64,000 bases of DNA from Coriobacteriia bacterium (lineage in GTDB: Bacteria; Actinomycetota; Coriobacteriia; Coriobacteriales; UMGS124): NCBI GenBank assembly GCA_963930185.1, contig CAWVLT010000044.1:45403-109402 (forward strand), written 5' to 3'. Positions 54,243 through 63,501 of this stretch are shown here, in pieces. The notes under the pieces were generated by a model, which saw only the letters and a program-made list of their open reading frames with translations, was not told the origin of the DNA and did no database searches. Each line of letters opens with the position of its first letter. Positions within the stretch are counted from its first letter, which is position 1. A program made the position numbers and the translations under genes.

Positions 54243-55841
54243 CTATGCGTTGGCGGCTATATCCTCAGCGGCGGTTTGGCCTGCAACCCAGCTAGTTGCC
54301 ATGCACATGGCATTGCAGGATCCTCCAACGTTGTAGTACGGTGCGGCAAAGACGCTGCCGTTATCAGAGGAGCCGATGTAAAGGCCGGGGATTGGCTTGA
54401 GCTCGGCGTTTACAGCACGGCACGAGTTGTCGGTTCGTACTCCGCCCATAGTGTTGAGGCCACCGACCTGGTACTGAATGGCATAGTAGGGGCCCTCGTC
54501 AAGGGCGATAAGAAATTCCTTCGGCAGATTGAGGTCGCTGTCATAGCCGTCGGCACAGAAGCCGTTGTATCGCTCGATGGTGGAGGCAAGGTTCGGCAGT
54601 CCGGCGATTTCTGCGAGCTCCTCTGGAGTCTCGGCCTTCCATGCCCAGCCCTGCTCGATTGCCGCGTCGATGTCCTCTTGCATCCTTGGGCAGGGGTTGT
54701 CGAGTGTAAGGGGACCGGGAATCCAATATTCAGGACGGCCAACGCGGTCGAAAGCGGAGTGCTCGAGAAGGGTGTTGACCATCTTCTGGTCGGCAATTGC
54801 GTAGTAATAGCCGAGACGCATCTCGGCTGCCCCGGCTATGGTAAGAGGTGACTTGGCCATGTCGTATTCGTTAATGAACCTGTCGCCGTTTTGGTCGACG
54901 TGTAGAGTCCCGTAGACATCGAAGGCGAGGGCCTGCGAACGTTTGTCACTCTGCATATAGTTCTCGAAGACTCCCTCGCACTTTTCATTAAACCCGGCGT
55001 TGTTGGCAAGGGTGCTCATGCAGAAATTGGTTTCCATGATGCCGCCTGCCGCAAGTGTCATCTTGATGCCCGCGCCGTCATTCACGGCATAACTGTAACG
55101 GCCAAGCTTGATTTGGTCACCAAATGCGCTTCGCATCATCTCGTCGTTGTCCATGAAGCCGCCGCAGGCAAGAATTACGGCCTTGGCACGGTACTCGACT
55201 TGACCGTCGGGGCCGTCAGCGTAGAGGCCGACGACTCGGCCGTTCTCAACTATGAGTTCCTTTGCTTCGGTGTTGTAGTCAAACTGCACGCCCTTATCGA
55301 TGAGGGCAGATTCAACGAGACCCAGCTTGTTTTCTGTGCTGTAGGTGTGAACAGAAAGAAAGCCAATTCCGTACAGGTCTGAGGATGCAACTGAAATCTC
55401 ACAACCAAGGTCAGCCCATGTGTTTATCACGTCGGTGGAGGCTGCGAGGCACTTGCGTACGAGCACGGAGTTGACCGTTCCCTTTGCGAAGTCCATCATT
55501 GCGGCGTAGACGGTGTCGAGAGGGCAATCAATTCCCAATTCCTTCTGGACGTTGGTGTCCGCTGCTGTTGTTCCGCGCATCCAGTTGGTGTTTGAATTAA
55601 GACAGCTAGCCGACTTCTCGACGACTACGACATTTAACCCAGCTTCGGCGGCTGTATATGCGCCCCAAAGGCCAGATCCCGCACCTACGACAATAACGTC
55701 CGCCTCGGTTGTTTTGATGGGTTCCCAGATCGTTTCCTCTTCTGCTGCTTGGGCTTGGTTGAAGGCTGCCAGTCCCATGGCTGTCAGGCCCGTTATTGCA
55801 AGACCACTTGCGATCATGCTGCGCCTCGTAATCGAACTCAT
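54243..55841 (-). CDS. Tat-signal FAD-dependent reductase (FAD_binding_2)
   Basis: Leader MSSITRRSMIASGLAITGLTAMGLAAFNQAQA; DVIVVGAGSGLWGAYTAAEAG; IPGLYIGSSDNGS. RBS AAAGGAG. Confidence 0.85.
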   Translation of the reverse strand: MSSITRRSMIASGLAITGLTAMGLAAFNQAQAAEEETIWEPIKTTEADVIVVGAGSGLWGAYTAAEAGLNVVVVEKSASCLNSNTNWMRGTTAADTNVQKELGIDCPLDTVYAAMMDFAKGTVNSVLVRKCLAASTDVINTWADLGCEISVASSDLYGIGFLSVHTYSTENKLGLVESALIDKGVQFDYNTEAKELIVENGRVVGLYADGPDGQVEYRAKAVILACGGFMDNDEMMRSAFGDQIKLGRYSYAVNDGAGIKMTLAAGGIMETNFCMSTLANNAGFNEKCEGVFENYMQSDKRSQALAFDVYGTLHVDQNGDRFINEYDMAKSPLTIAGAAEMRLGYYYAIADQKMVNTLLEHSAFDRVGRPEYWIPGPLTLDNPCPRMQEDIDAAIEQGWAWKAETPEELAEIAGLPNLASTIERYNGFCADGYDSDLNLPKEFLIALDEGPYYAIQYQVGGLNTMGGVRTDNSCRAVNAELKPIPGLYIGSSDNGSVFAAPYYNVGGSCNAMCMATSWVAGQTAAEDIAANA

Positions 55842-55968
55842 CGTTAGCTCCTTTCCTTGGTAAGGCCAGTGTCAATCGTGATGCATGTCCCAAGGCTATG
55901 GGGAACCGTCCGATTTGCGATAGCCCTACAGAGGGGAAGGAAGTCGATACGCATATCCCCAATATAGG

Positions 55969-57459
55969 TTAACCAACATCTGAGCTGGATTTATTCCCAG
56001 GGGTTTCACTATCAGATGGTTCGTATACATGCTCGACCAAGCTGATTAGCTCTTGTTGGGAATGTACGCCAAGCGCAACATAGAGTGATTTCTTGTATGT
56101 TCGTATGGTATTTTCTGCCAGAGACAGCTCCTTGGCGATGTAGGGAACATCCCTTCCCGTAGCGAGCAAGCAGAGGATCTCAGATTGTCGAGGCGAAAGT
56201 TTACGTCGTTCTGCCAATAAGAAGCAGCCCATTTGGATTGTGTCGGCCGATGCCATTTCGCGTTCCCGCTTTGTTTGGAGCTCCTGACGAATAATGATGA
56301 AAAGGGGTATGGTGAGGAGGTAAACAAGCAGGAGGGCCACAGAGATCGCCCTTACCCCCTCGGGGATTGAACTAAGGAAATCATTGCTGAGCAGCGGAAT
56401 AAATAACGGTCTTGTGAGATAGGCGATCCCCGCGAAAATGCCGTAGAGGATCTGGGGGTTAATCTGGTATTTTCTGCTTTGTTCAACAGTAAGGACAATC
56501 ATCATGATAGACATTACTGCTCCGCATGTTTCCCCCATGAGCACAAATACCCAGCTGCTTGCAGTTTCGTGAATAAACGAGGCGAATACGAATATCGTTG
56601 CGAGAACTGGCCATGAGAAAACGTATAGCCGGGGGATCGTGATATCTCGATCAAGGCCAAACCAAATGAATGCAACGATTGCGGTGCCTGCTATTCTGGC
56701 GACTTGCGACAAGACGATGCGAAACGATTCGGTGAGTATGTTCGCGTCCCAGTTTAGATCGATTGTCGAATCGACAAAGAAGAACACGATCACGCATAGA
56801 AAAGGCACTACAAGGCCTTTGCCTGCAGCCATGCAGCTAGAGTATGCAGACTCTCTTCCACCCGTGGTGCTTGGGCTCCTCTTCAGGTTAACGTGCGTCA
56901 AGACTATTACAAGCGGTACTAGGAGAAAGGCAATGAGAGGCAATAGACTGCGAGACGGCAGGAATGCGAGACAACAGATGGTCATACCGGCAAGAACGTT
57001 GGCGATAAGCAGGAGCTTTTTCATGTCATGTATTGACTGCTTTGCGATAACTTCCATCCAAAGGATGAACAGCATGCCTTCGCCGAGTCCTATGCATGCG
57101 ACCGCGAAGTAGTAGGCAATTTCGGCATGAATCCCATATTTGGAGACAAGAGACATGATGAGTCCAGCAATAAGTGACACAAAACAAAGAGACGCCTGAT
57201 TGGGTAGATTTCTCGTGCACACAAAGGATAGAAATCCCGCGCCAATCATCGTGATAGAGCAGGTAAATTGCTCGATCATCCTACAGGACGATCTCAGATC
57301 GTCTCCGAGTTCTAGGCAGTTTAATGCGAAGGGGCCCCATGTGAGCAAGGATCCTATTGCCATAAAGAGGGCGGCACCAATGACATATAGGATGTCATTG
57401 ACCAGCTTCTGTTTTGGATCAACACCGGCTTGATTGGCTTTTACGGTATTATCATTCAT
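55969..57459 (-). CDS. polytopic membrane LuxR-type regulator
   Basis: Hydrophobic body followed by RKLSPRQSEILCLLATGRDVPYIAKELSLAENTIRTYKKSLYVALGVHSQQEL. Confidence 0.85.
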   Translation of the reverse strand: MNDNTVKANQAGVDPKQKLVNDILYVIGAALFMAIGSLLTWGPFALNCLELGDDLRSSCRMIEQFTCSITMIGAGFLSFVCTRNLPNQASLCFVSLIAGLIMSLVSKYGIHAEIAYYFAVACIGLGEGMLFILWMEVIAKQSIHDMKKLLLIANVLAGMTICCLAFLPSRSLLPLIAFLLVPLVIVLTHVNLKRSPSTTGGRESAYSSCMAAGKGLVVPFLCVIVFFFVDSTIDLNWDANILTESFRIVLSQVARIAGTAIVAFIWFGLDRDITIPRLYVFSWPVLATIFVFASFIHETASSWVFVLMGETCGAVMSIMMIVLTVEQSRKYQINPQILYGIFAGIAYLTRPLFIPLLSNDFLSSIPEGVRAISVALLLVYLLTIPLFIIIRQELQTKREREMASADTIQMGCFLLAERRKLSPRQSEILCLLATGRDVPYIAKELSLAENTIRTYKKSLYVALGVHSQQELISLVEHVYEPSDSETPGNKSSSDVG

Positions 57460-57922
57460 AGGAGATCCCCGTCTAAATGCTTAGCCTGCCTAGAACTGTA
57501 GACTCTATTAATGATATATCGATTAGGTAGCTTGGGCTTCAAGAGATAGCGTGATATCCGCGGGTAGTTGGTTATTGGAAAGAAGAGGATAGTGGTTGAT
57601 GCGCTAGCACGCCATGCGGGCATCGATTGCGCGGACGAGCTTGTCATGGTCTGACGTGCTGACGCGCTTGCAGGGACGTAGGTCCATGTCTTTGTGAGGG
57701 CTCGCCTGACTGAACATGATGCATGTCAGTACGGCATGCGAGCGAGTTGCATTTTCTATCATTGTCCCTGCATTTAATTTCCTGTGCCGGGCAAAAGACT
57801 TTTGGTATTTACCACATCATAACGACATTATGGATACAGCCCTGATGGCATTTATAGTTACGAGTAAGGAAATGGGTTCCTACCGGGGATCCAAGGCATA
57901 CCGAATGGGGAGGGAGAGGGAT

Positions 57923-59782
57923 ATGGCGAATGCCACAAGTGTTCCGAGGCGTACGTTTATCCAGGGGGCAGGCATGACTGGAACCGCTGTTGCTCTTGGG
58001 ATGGCCATGGCCGGTGCGTCGGCTGGCCTTGCGGATGAACTCGGCGAACAGCCCGTTGGTCAGCCTGACGAGTATGATATCCAAGTACATGAGGCCGATG
58101 TCGTGATTGTGGGTGGCGGCATCGCCGGAACCACGGCAGCGCGCCGCATTATGGCACAGGGGCTAAGCGTCGCGATTGTTGACAAGGGACCGTGGGCCCA
58201 CTCGGGCACGTCAGGTATCAACTGGGGCCACAATGCTGAGAGCAACGAGTGGGCGGAGGGTGATGGCTCCAACACCTTTGGTGCTTGGATTTACATGCTT
58301 GAAGGCATGCTCAACCAGCCCAATGGCCTTGCTATGTGCCAGGCGGTTCATGCCGGTCGTCCGTGTGCAACTTTTGAGCAAATGGGCTGCATCCTCGAGC
58401 GTGGCAAGGACGGCCATACGGCGGCGGGCAATGCGCCGGCCGATCTTGTTGTGGATAATGGCACGTTCAACCGCTACTTCTGCTTGGATCTCGAGCGCAG
58501 GGGTGCCGATATCTATGATCGCACGATGGTTCTCGATCTGCTCCAGGATGCTGAGGGGCGTGCAGCTGGTGTGGTTGCGGTGAGCCTGGTCGATGGTAGC
58601 GCACATGTGTTCAGGGGTAAGGCGATTGTCTTCGCTACGGGCAGCTACTGCTGGGTTACCGGATACAACGGCATGAAGCCGCATACCATCGCCGGCCCCG
58701 AGAACACTGGTGATGGCCTTGCCATTCTCATGCGCAAGGGACTTGCGATGCGTGACATGGAAGAGCTGCCCATCGACTTTGTGCAGTGGAACCCTCTCGG
58801 CATCCGTCAGGGTATGGGTGCGCAGGGTGCTTCGACAATCAACTGGAAGTTCATGTACGACAAAGATCTCAATCCGCTGGTGCCCGAGGGTGTCGAGAGT
58901 GTGTCGAACGGACAGCTTGCCCGCTACTACTACCGTGCTCAGCTCGAAGGCCGAGGAACAGAGAACGGTGGCGTGTACGTAGCTACCCATGACCCGGACT
59001 CCGATGACCGCTACTACCGTCGTTGCAAGGAGAACGAGCGGATTTACTTGGGTTACGAGCTACCCGATTATACTGAGGTCGTTGCTGAGCAGTGGGAGGT
59101 CGCCGGCCATCCGTTTGACTACTCGCCTACGGCGGAGACTGCCATCCCCAGCCTGTTCTACGCTGCGTCTGGCCAGGGTGTTTGGGCGGGCTGCGGATTT
59201 TTCGGTGCGTTTGGCTCTGGGTTTATGGCGGGCGAGGGGGCTGCTGCCCGTGCTCTCGAGACTGAGGATGCCCCCGCAATCGACTGGGCTGCCGCGAATG
59301 CTGCCCTTGCTGAGGCGTATGCCCTGCTCGAGTCTGAGCCGGACGATCCACTTCGTTCCACCGTGGTGTTCCGCGACATCCAGAATGCTTACTGGTCCGG
59401 GCTAAGCCCTCTGCGCAACGCCGATGGCATCAAGGGGTCGATTGCCGAGCTTGACCGCATCGAAAAAGAAGAGCTTCCCAGGATGTACGTCCCCCAGAAG
59501 TCGCGCCAGTATAACACCGACTGGCATCGTGCGCTCGAGGCTCGCAACATGCTTATGTGTGCCCGCGCCACCGGTGAGGCTGCCCTGCTGCGCGAGGAGT
59601 GCCGAGGTGCACACGTGCGTGAGGACTTCCCCATTGAGGATAACGAGAACTTCCTCAAGAGCACCAAAGTTTCGTATTCCAACGGGGAGTGGAGCGCAAG
59701 TCTCGAAGAGCTGGACGGCACGATCATGTCTGTCGAGGACATGAAGCCGATCATGCCCAAGCTCGATCTGTTTGAGCAGTAA
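57923..59782 (+). CDS. Tat-signal SdhA/FrdA-like FAD flavoprotein subunit (second copy)
   Basis: Leader MANATSVPRRTFIQGAGMTGTAVALGMAMAGASAGLA; DVVIVGGGIAGTTAARR; DKGPWAHSGTSGINW; C-terminal EECRGAHVREDFPIEDNENF. ATG 57923 has a GGGGAGGGAGAGGG RBS. Confidence 0.85.
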   Translation: MANATSVPRRTFIQGAGMTGTAVALGMAMAGASAGLADELGEQPVGQPDEYDIQVHEADVVIVGGGIAGTTAARRIMAQGLSVAIVDKGPWAHSGTSGINWGHNAESNEWAEGDGSNTFGAWIYMLEGMLNQPNGLAMCQAVHAGRPCATFEQMGCILERGKDGHTAAGNAPADLVVDNGTFNRYFCLDLERRGADIYDRTMVLDLLQDAEGRAAGVVAVSLVDGSAHVFRGKAIVFATGSYCWVTGYNGMKPHTIAGPENTGDGLAILMRKGLAMRDMEELPIDFVQWNPLGIRQGMGAQGASTINWKFMYDKDLNPLVPEGVESVSNGQLARYYYRAQLEGRGTENGGVYVATHDPDSDDRYYRRCKENERIYLGYELPDYTEVVAEQWEVAGHPFDYSPTAETAIPSLFYAASGQGVWAGCGFFGAFGSGFMAGEGAAARALETEDAPAIDWAAANAALAEAYALLESEPDDPLRSTVVFRDIQNAYWSGLSPLRNADGIKGSIAELDRIEKEELPRMYVPQKSRQYNTDWHRALEARNMLMCARATGEAALLREECRGAHVREDFPIEDNENFLKSTKVSYSNGEWSASLEELDGTIMSVEDMKPIMPKLDLFEQ

Positions 59783-59830
59783 GGGCGCGGTAGAAGGTTT
59801 GACCGATCGAGCAGGAAGCGAGGGATTTCA

Positions 59831-60565
59831 ATGGCGACTATCACCGCCAAAATATTTAGGTATGATCCAAGCGTGGACGAGGAACCGCACTACTCCACAC
59901 ATGAGGTCGAGTGGATTGACGATGGCACGGGCATCATGACCGCGTTGCAGGTTCTTCACGCCATCAACTATGACGAAGAAGCTTTTGGCTATGATCACAA
60001 CTGCTCGTCGGGTTTGTGCGGGCGCTGCAGCATGCTGATCGACGGCAAGCCTGGTCTTGCCTGCTGGACTCCGCTTGAGCCTGGCGAGCACACGTTCGAG
60101 CCGTTGCCGGGCTTCCCGGTCATTAAAGACCTCGTAGTTGATCGCAGCAAGGCACGCCAGCAGTTCGTGAACGTTGATACGACCATCCACACCGTCGATC
60201 CCATTGTTACGCTGCCCGATATTGACTACGAGCTGTATTGGGAGACGCTTGAGCGCCTGAACATGTGTCGCGAGTGCATGCAGTGCTATGCTGTGTGCCC
60301 CGTGCTCAAGGATGGAAATAACACGCGATTCGTTGGCCCGGGTGCCATGGGGCAGATTGCCCAGCGCTACTTCGACACCGAGGATCAGAGCGATCGACTC
60401 GGACAGGCTGTCTTTTCCGGCTTGTGGGATTGCACGCTATGCGGCGAGTGCACGGCCGTATGCCCGTCCGGCATCAAGCATGTCGAACTATTCCAGAAGA
60501 TGCAAGAAGATGCGCGCGAGCGCGGGCTTGTGCCTTCCGAAGACGTGGAGAAAGATTTCGCATAG
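59831..60565 (+). CDS. SdhB/FrdB-like iron-sulfur subunit (second copy)
   Basis: CSSGLCGRCSMLIDGKPGLAC, CRECMQCYAVCP, CTLCGECTAVCP. Colinear with 5882-6592. Confidence 0.85.
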   Translation: MATITAKIFRYDPSVDEEPHYSTHEVEWIDDGTGIMTALQVLHAINYDEEAFGYDHNCSSGLCGRCSMLIDGKPGLACWTPLEPGEHTFEPLPGFPVIKDLVVDRSKARQQFVNVDTTIHTVDPIVTLPDIDYELYWETLERLNMCRECMQCYAVCPVLKDGNNTRFVGPGAMGQIAQRYFDTEDQSDRLGQAVFSGLWDCTLCGECTAVCPSGIKHVELFQKMQEDARERGLVPSEDVEKDFA

Positions 60566-60765
60566 TATCTGTCGCGAATTCAGACCTATTTCGCGATGTT
60601 GCTAAATGGTCGGGGCTTATAAATGCGGGAGAGGCGTGCTTGCGTCTCTTCCGCATATGTTTAACACGGGTGACAGGGTGTCTCGCCGTTCTTCATATTG
60701 CGATTGACGTGATCGTGCTTACAGCAATAGCATGTACCCCAAAGGGATTTGGGGAGGGGATTGTC

Positions 60766-61686
60766 GTGCGTGTCGAGGTGTTGCGTGAGTTCATAGAATT
60801 TGCCAAGTATCAAAATATCAGCGCGGCTGCAAAGAAGCTCTTTATTACACAACCGGCATTGAGCAACCACATTGCAAGTATCGAAAAAGAACTGGGACTA
60901 GAGCTCGTCCGTCATGGAAAGACGATGGAGCTCACGGCTGCTGGACGGGCGTTTTTCGAGGGCTGCTGCGAGGTCGTGGGGGCATACGACTCTATGATTG
61001 AAAGGGTTCGCGTGCTTGCAGACCAAGGTAATCCCGGAACGCTCGTTATTAAAGCAGACACGAGCGGAACAAGCGGCTCTTGTCGGCTCTTGGATCTAAT
61101 AAGCCAGTTCAAACGGCTGCATCCTTCGATAACGGTGACCTTTAACAACTCTAGTAAGAACAGTGTCGCGGCTGACCTTGCGTCAGGTGAACTCGATTGT
61201 GCTCAGGTCTACAACTACATTGATGGGCGTGCTGGAGCAGAGCTAATAGGGGGAGAGTGTGACCAGCTTGATTCGATCGTTATCGACCAGGCCCCCATTA
61301 CCGTTGTGGCAAATAAGGATCATCCCTTGATGTCAAAGAAGAGCATTTCTTTTGGAGACATCCTCCGCTTTCCATATGCCATGCCGGCGGGGGCCGCTTT
61401 CATAGAGTGCGAGGCTTCTATTAGGCAACTGTATCACAAGCATGGGACGGAGTTAAAAAATATCCACTACAAGGTCGTTGATTCGATAGCCGACCTCGTT
61501 GCAATGGAAACGCATGGGGATGAGCTGCTCATAATGGGGGCGTCACCTGCTCTTCCGAGTGCGATGGCATGTCGTTCGTTTGATCCCCAGGAGTATCAGG
61601 ACTTCTGCCTGATTTACCGTAAGGACAGTGACAACACCGTGCTGAAGGAGTTCATCGAGTTTGTTCGGTCGGACGGGCGCCCCTGA
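60766..61686 (+). CDS. LysR-family transcriptional regulator
   Basis: GTG 60766 after GGGGAGGGGA. HTH VLREFIEFAKYQNISAAAKKLFITQPALSNHIASIEKELGLELVRH. The ORF-track start 60424 overlaps the Fe-S gene. Confidence 0.85.
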   Translation: MRVEVLREFIEFAKYQNISAAAKKLFITQPALSNHIASIEKELGLELVRHGKTMELTAAGRAFFEGCCEVVGAYDSMIERVRVLADQGNPGTLVIKADTSGTSGSCRLLDLISQFKRLHPSITVTFNNSSKNSVAADLASGELDCAQVYNYIDGRAGAELIGGECDQLDSIVIDQAPITVVANKDHPLMSKKSISFGDILRFPYAMPAGAAFIECEASIRQLYHKHGTELKNIHYKVVDSIADLVAMETHGDELLIMGASPALPSAMACRSFDPQEYQDFCLIYRKDSDNTVLKEFIEFVRSDGRP

Positions 61687-61804
61687 GCGGCCGAAGGGCT
61701 GGTGAGCTTCAGCACTTGTGGCTACAAAATTCCAACAGGCTCTATTTGTGTCTATGTAGGGTATGGCGAGGTACTGCAAGCGTGCGTGGGCCTTCTCTGA
61801 TGCG

Positions 61805-63355
61805 TCAGCGGTGGCGGTTGGGTCTTTTCGGATTCAGCGGAGCATCTGTTCTTGGAGAACTTCCGTCCTTCTTCTCGATAAGCTGGATCAGCTCGCTTTT
61901 GCTATGAATGCCAAGCTTAGTGTAGATGCTCTTTGTGTGTGAGCGGACAGTGTTCAATGAAACTGTGAGTCTTTCGCCGATCTGCGGCAGAGTATATCCT
62001 CGACAGAGCAGCTTAACTACTTCGGTTTCGCGTCCAGACAATCCGAATGAGGCCGCCAACCAAGCAAAGTCGTCCGTATCGTGCTTTTCGGATTGAGTCA
62101 CGAATTCGTCTTTGTGAGCTGTACTTTTCTGCGGTCTTTGTAATACAAGAAAGAACGTATAGCCGATTAGAAGTATTGCCATGCAGAACGAGAGTGCTGC
62201 AGCAAACGTTCTGCTGGCACCGTGGCTCATGACAGGGAATAGTAGGTGGAGTATACCTGACGGTATATTTGTCTGCATGAAGAGGACGGCTCCAATTCCA
62301 AATGTCATTGTTTTCGGTAGGGATTCGCGATAGGCGAGTCCGGAAACAAAAGTCCAGGCGAATATCATGAGGCAGTCCTGTGTGGCGTTCATAAAGCTGA
62401 CGGAAGTGGGCAGATCGATGAAGCAGAATGACGAGTAGCCCAGCAGGCCGCAGAAAATCAGGCACGAATAGAGGCCCCAAAGCTGGTCGGGGTTATCGTG
62501 ACTAAGGGGAATCGCCCATAAAAAGTTAACCACGAACACGAGAAGAAACACGGGCAATCTCAGCGCGTTGGACGTGAAGAGCCGAGAGGCCTCCTGTGAA
62601 GGGGCAACGACCACTTCTGTTGCTGCGCACGCGATGCTGCATAACAGAAGTAAACAAAGAACACCCCATGGAGGACTTGTTAGGTGTTTGGCCGTTATGC
62701 GTTTCCAGTTGCCATCGTAGATCGTGCACTCTGTTGGAAGTAGCAGTAGTCCGCCGCAAATTATCGGCGAAGCTACGGCTATGCCTCCCATTACAACAGG
62801 AGACGCTCCTTCAAGAACGGTGATTAGTATCCCGTATAGCGCAAATGCTCCTGTTATGGAAAGGGAGGATAGGCTTGGGCTGATGGATGAGGTCCGTGTT
62901 CCCCATCCAAGCAACAGCATTGCTGCCCCAAATCCATGAACTACCCGTCCTAATACGAAGAGCGGGTCAGCGGGGTCATCAATGCCCATGATGCTGATGC
63001 AACCGGCAAGCATGGAAACCATGGCAACGATAACGGCGTACCGCATGATTTTGGACGACAGGGGTTTTAGGGCGACGAGGATAATCACGAGGATTATGGT
63101 GGCAAGCTGGGCTAGACGTGAGCATGTGAATGCATCTGCGGCGCTACTTGCAAATGAGTTACCAAAGATGCTCCAGGCGCTTAGCCTGAACGCGAGAATA
63201 CCGAGAGAGGTTATGCAGCAGAGAAGCAGGCGATTGCTTTTCTGCGAACTGATGCCTGTGCTTGCGGGTAAATGCCTGTGCACAATTCCCACTCCCCCAT
63301 GACTGGCAAGCGCCTGCAGACAGAACTGTTCGGATTTTAGCACCACATCATCCAT
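61805..63355 (-). CDS. polytopic membrane LuxR-type regulator
   Basis: Hydrophobic body followed by FGLSGRETEVVKLLCRGYTLPQIGERLTVSLNTVRSHTKSIYTKLGIHSKSEL. The start codon is not well supported by an RBS. Confidence 0.8.
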   Translation of the reverse strand: MDDVVLKSEQFCLQALASHGGVGIVHRHLPASTGISSQKSNRLLLCCITSLGILAFRLSAWSIFGNSFASSAADAFTCSRLAQLATIILVIILVALKPLSSKIMRYAVIVAMVSMLAGCISIMGIDDPADPLFVLGRVVHGFGAAMLLLGWGTRTSSISPSLSSLSITGAFALYGILITVLEGASPVVMGGIAVASPIICGGLLLLPTECTIYDGNWKRITAKHLTSPPWGVLCLLLLCSIACAATEVVVAPSQEASRLFTSNALRLPVFLLVFVVNFLWAIPLSHDNPDQLWGLYSCLIFCGLLGYSSFCFIDLPTSVSFMNATQDCLMIFAWTFVSGLAYRESLPKTMTFGIGAVLFMQTNIPSGILHLLFPVMSHGASRTFAAALSFCMAILLIGYTFFLVLQRPQKSTAHKDEFVTQSEKHDTDDFAWLAASFGLSGRETEVVKLLCRGYTLPQIGERLTVSLNTVRSHTKSIYTKLGIHSKSELIQLIEKKDGSSPRTDAPLNPKRPNRHR

Positions 63356-63501
63356 GTGGTTTTGTTTCTGGTCGGCGTTGGCATGCAGAGCACATCATCA
63401 ATGTGATGCAGGGCGAAATGGGTGATCTTAGTGTTAATCCCATAAGCGAGCAAAGCCAGAAGAGGGCTTTGAACTCGAGGCTATGGGAAGGGAGATGCGA
63501 T

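Noticed and set aside
60424-60765. Upstream extension of the LysR ORF overlapping the Fe-S subunit gene
   Set aside because: LysR similarity begins at GTG 60766, which has a strong RBS. The extension is Arg-rich, out-of-frame overlap with 59831-60565 and intergenic sequence.
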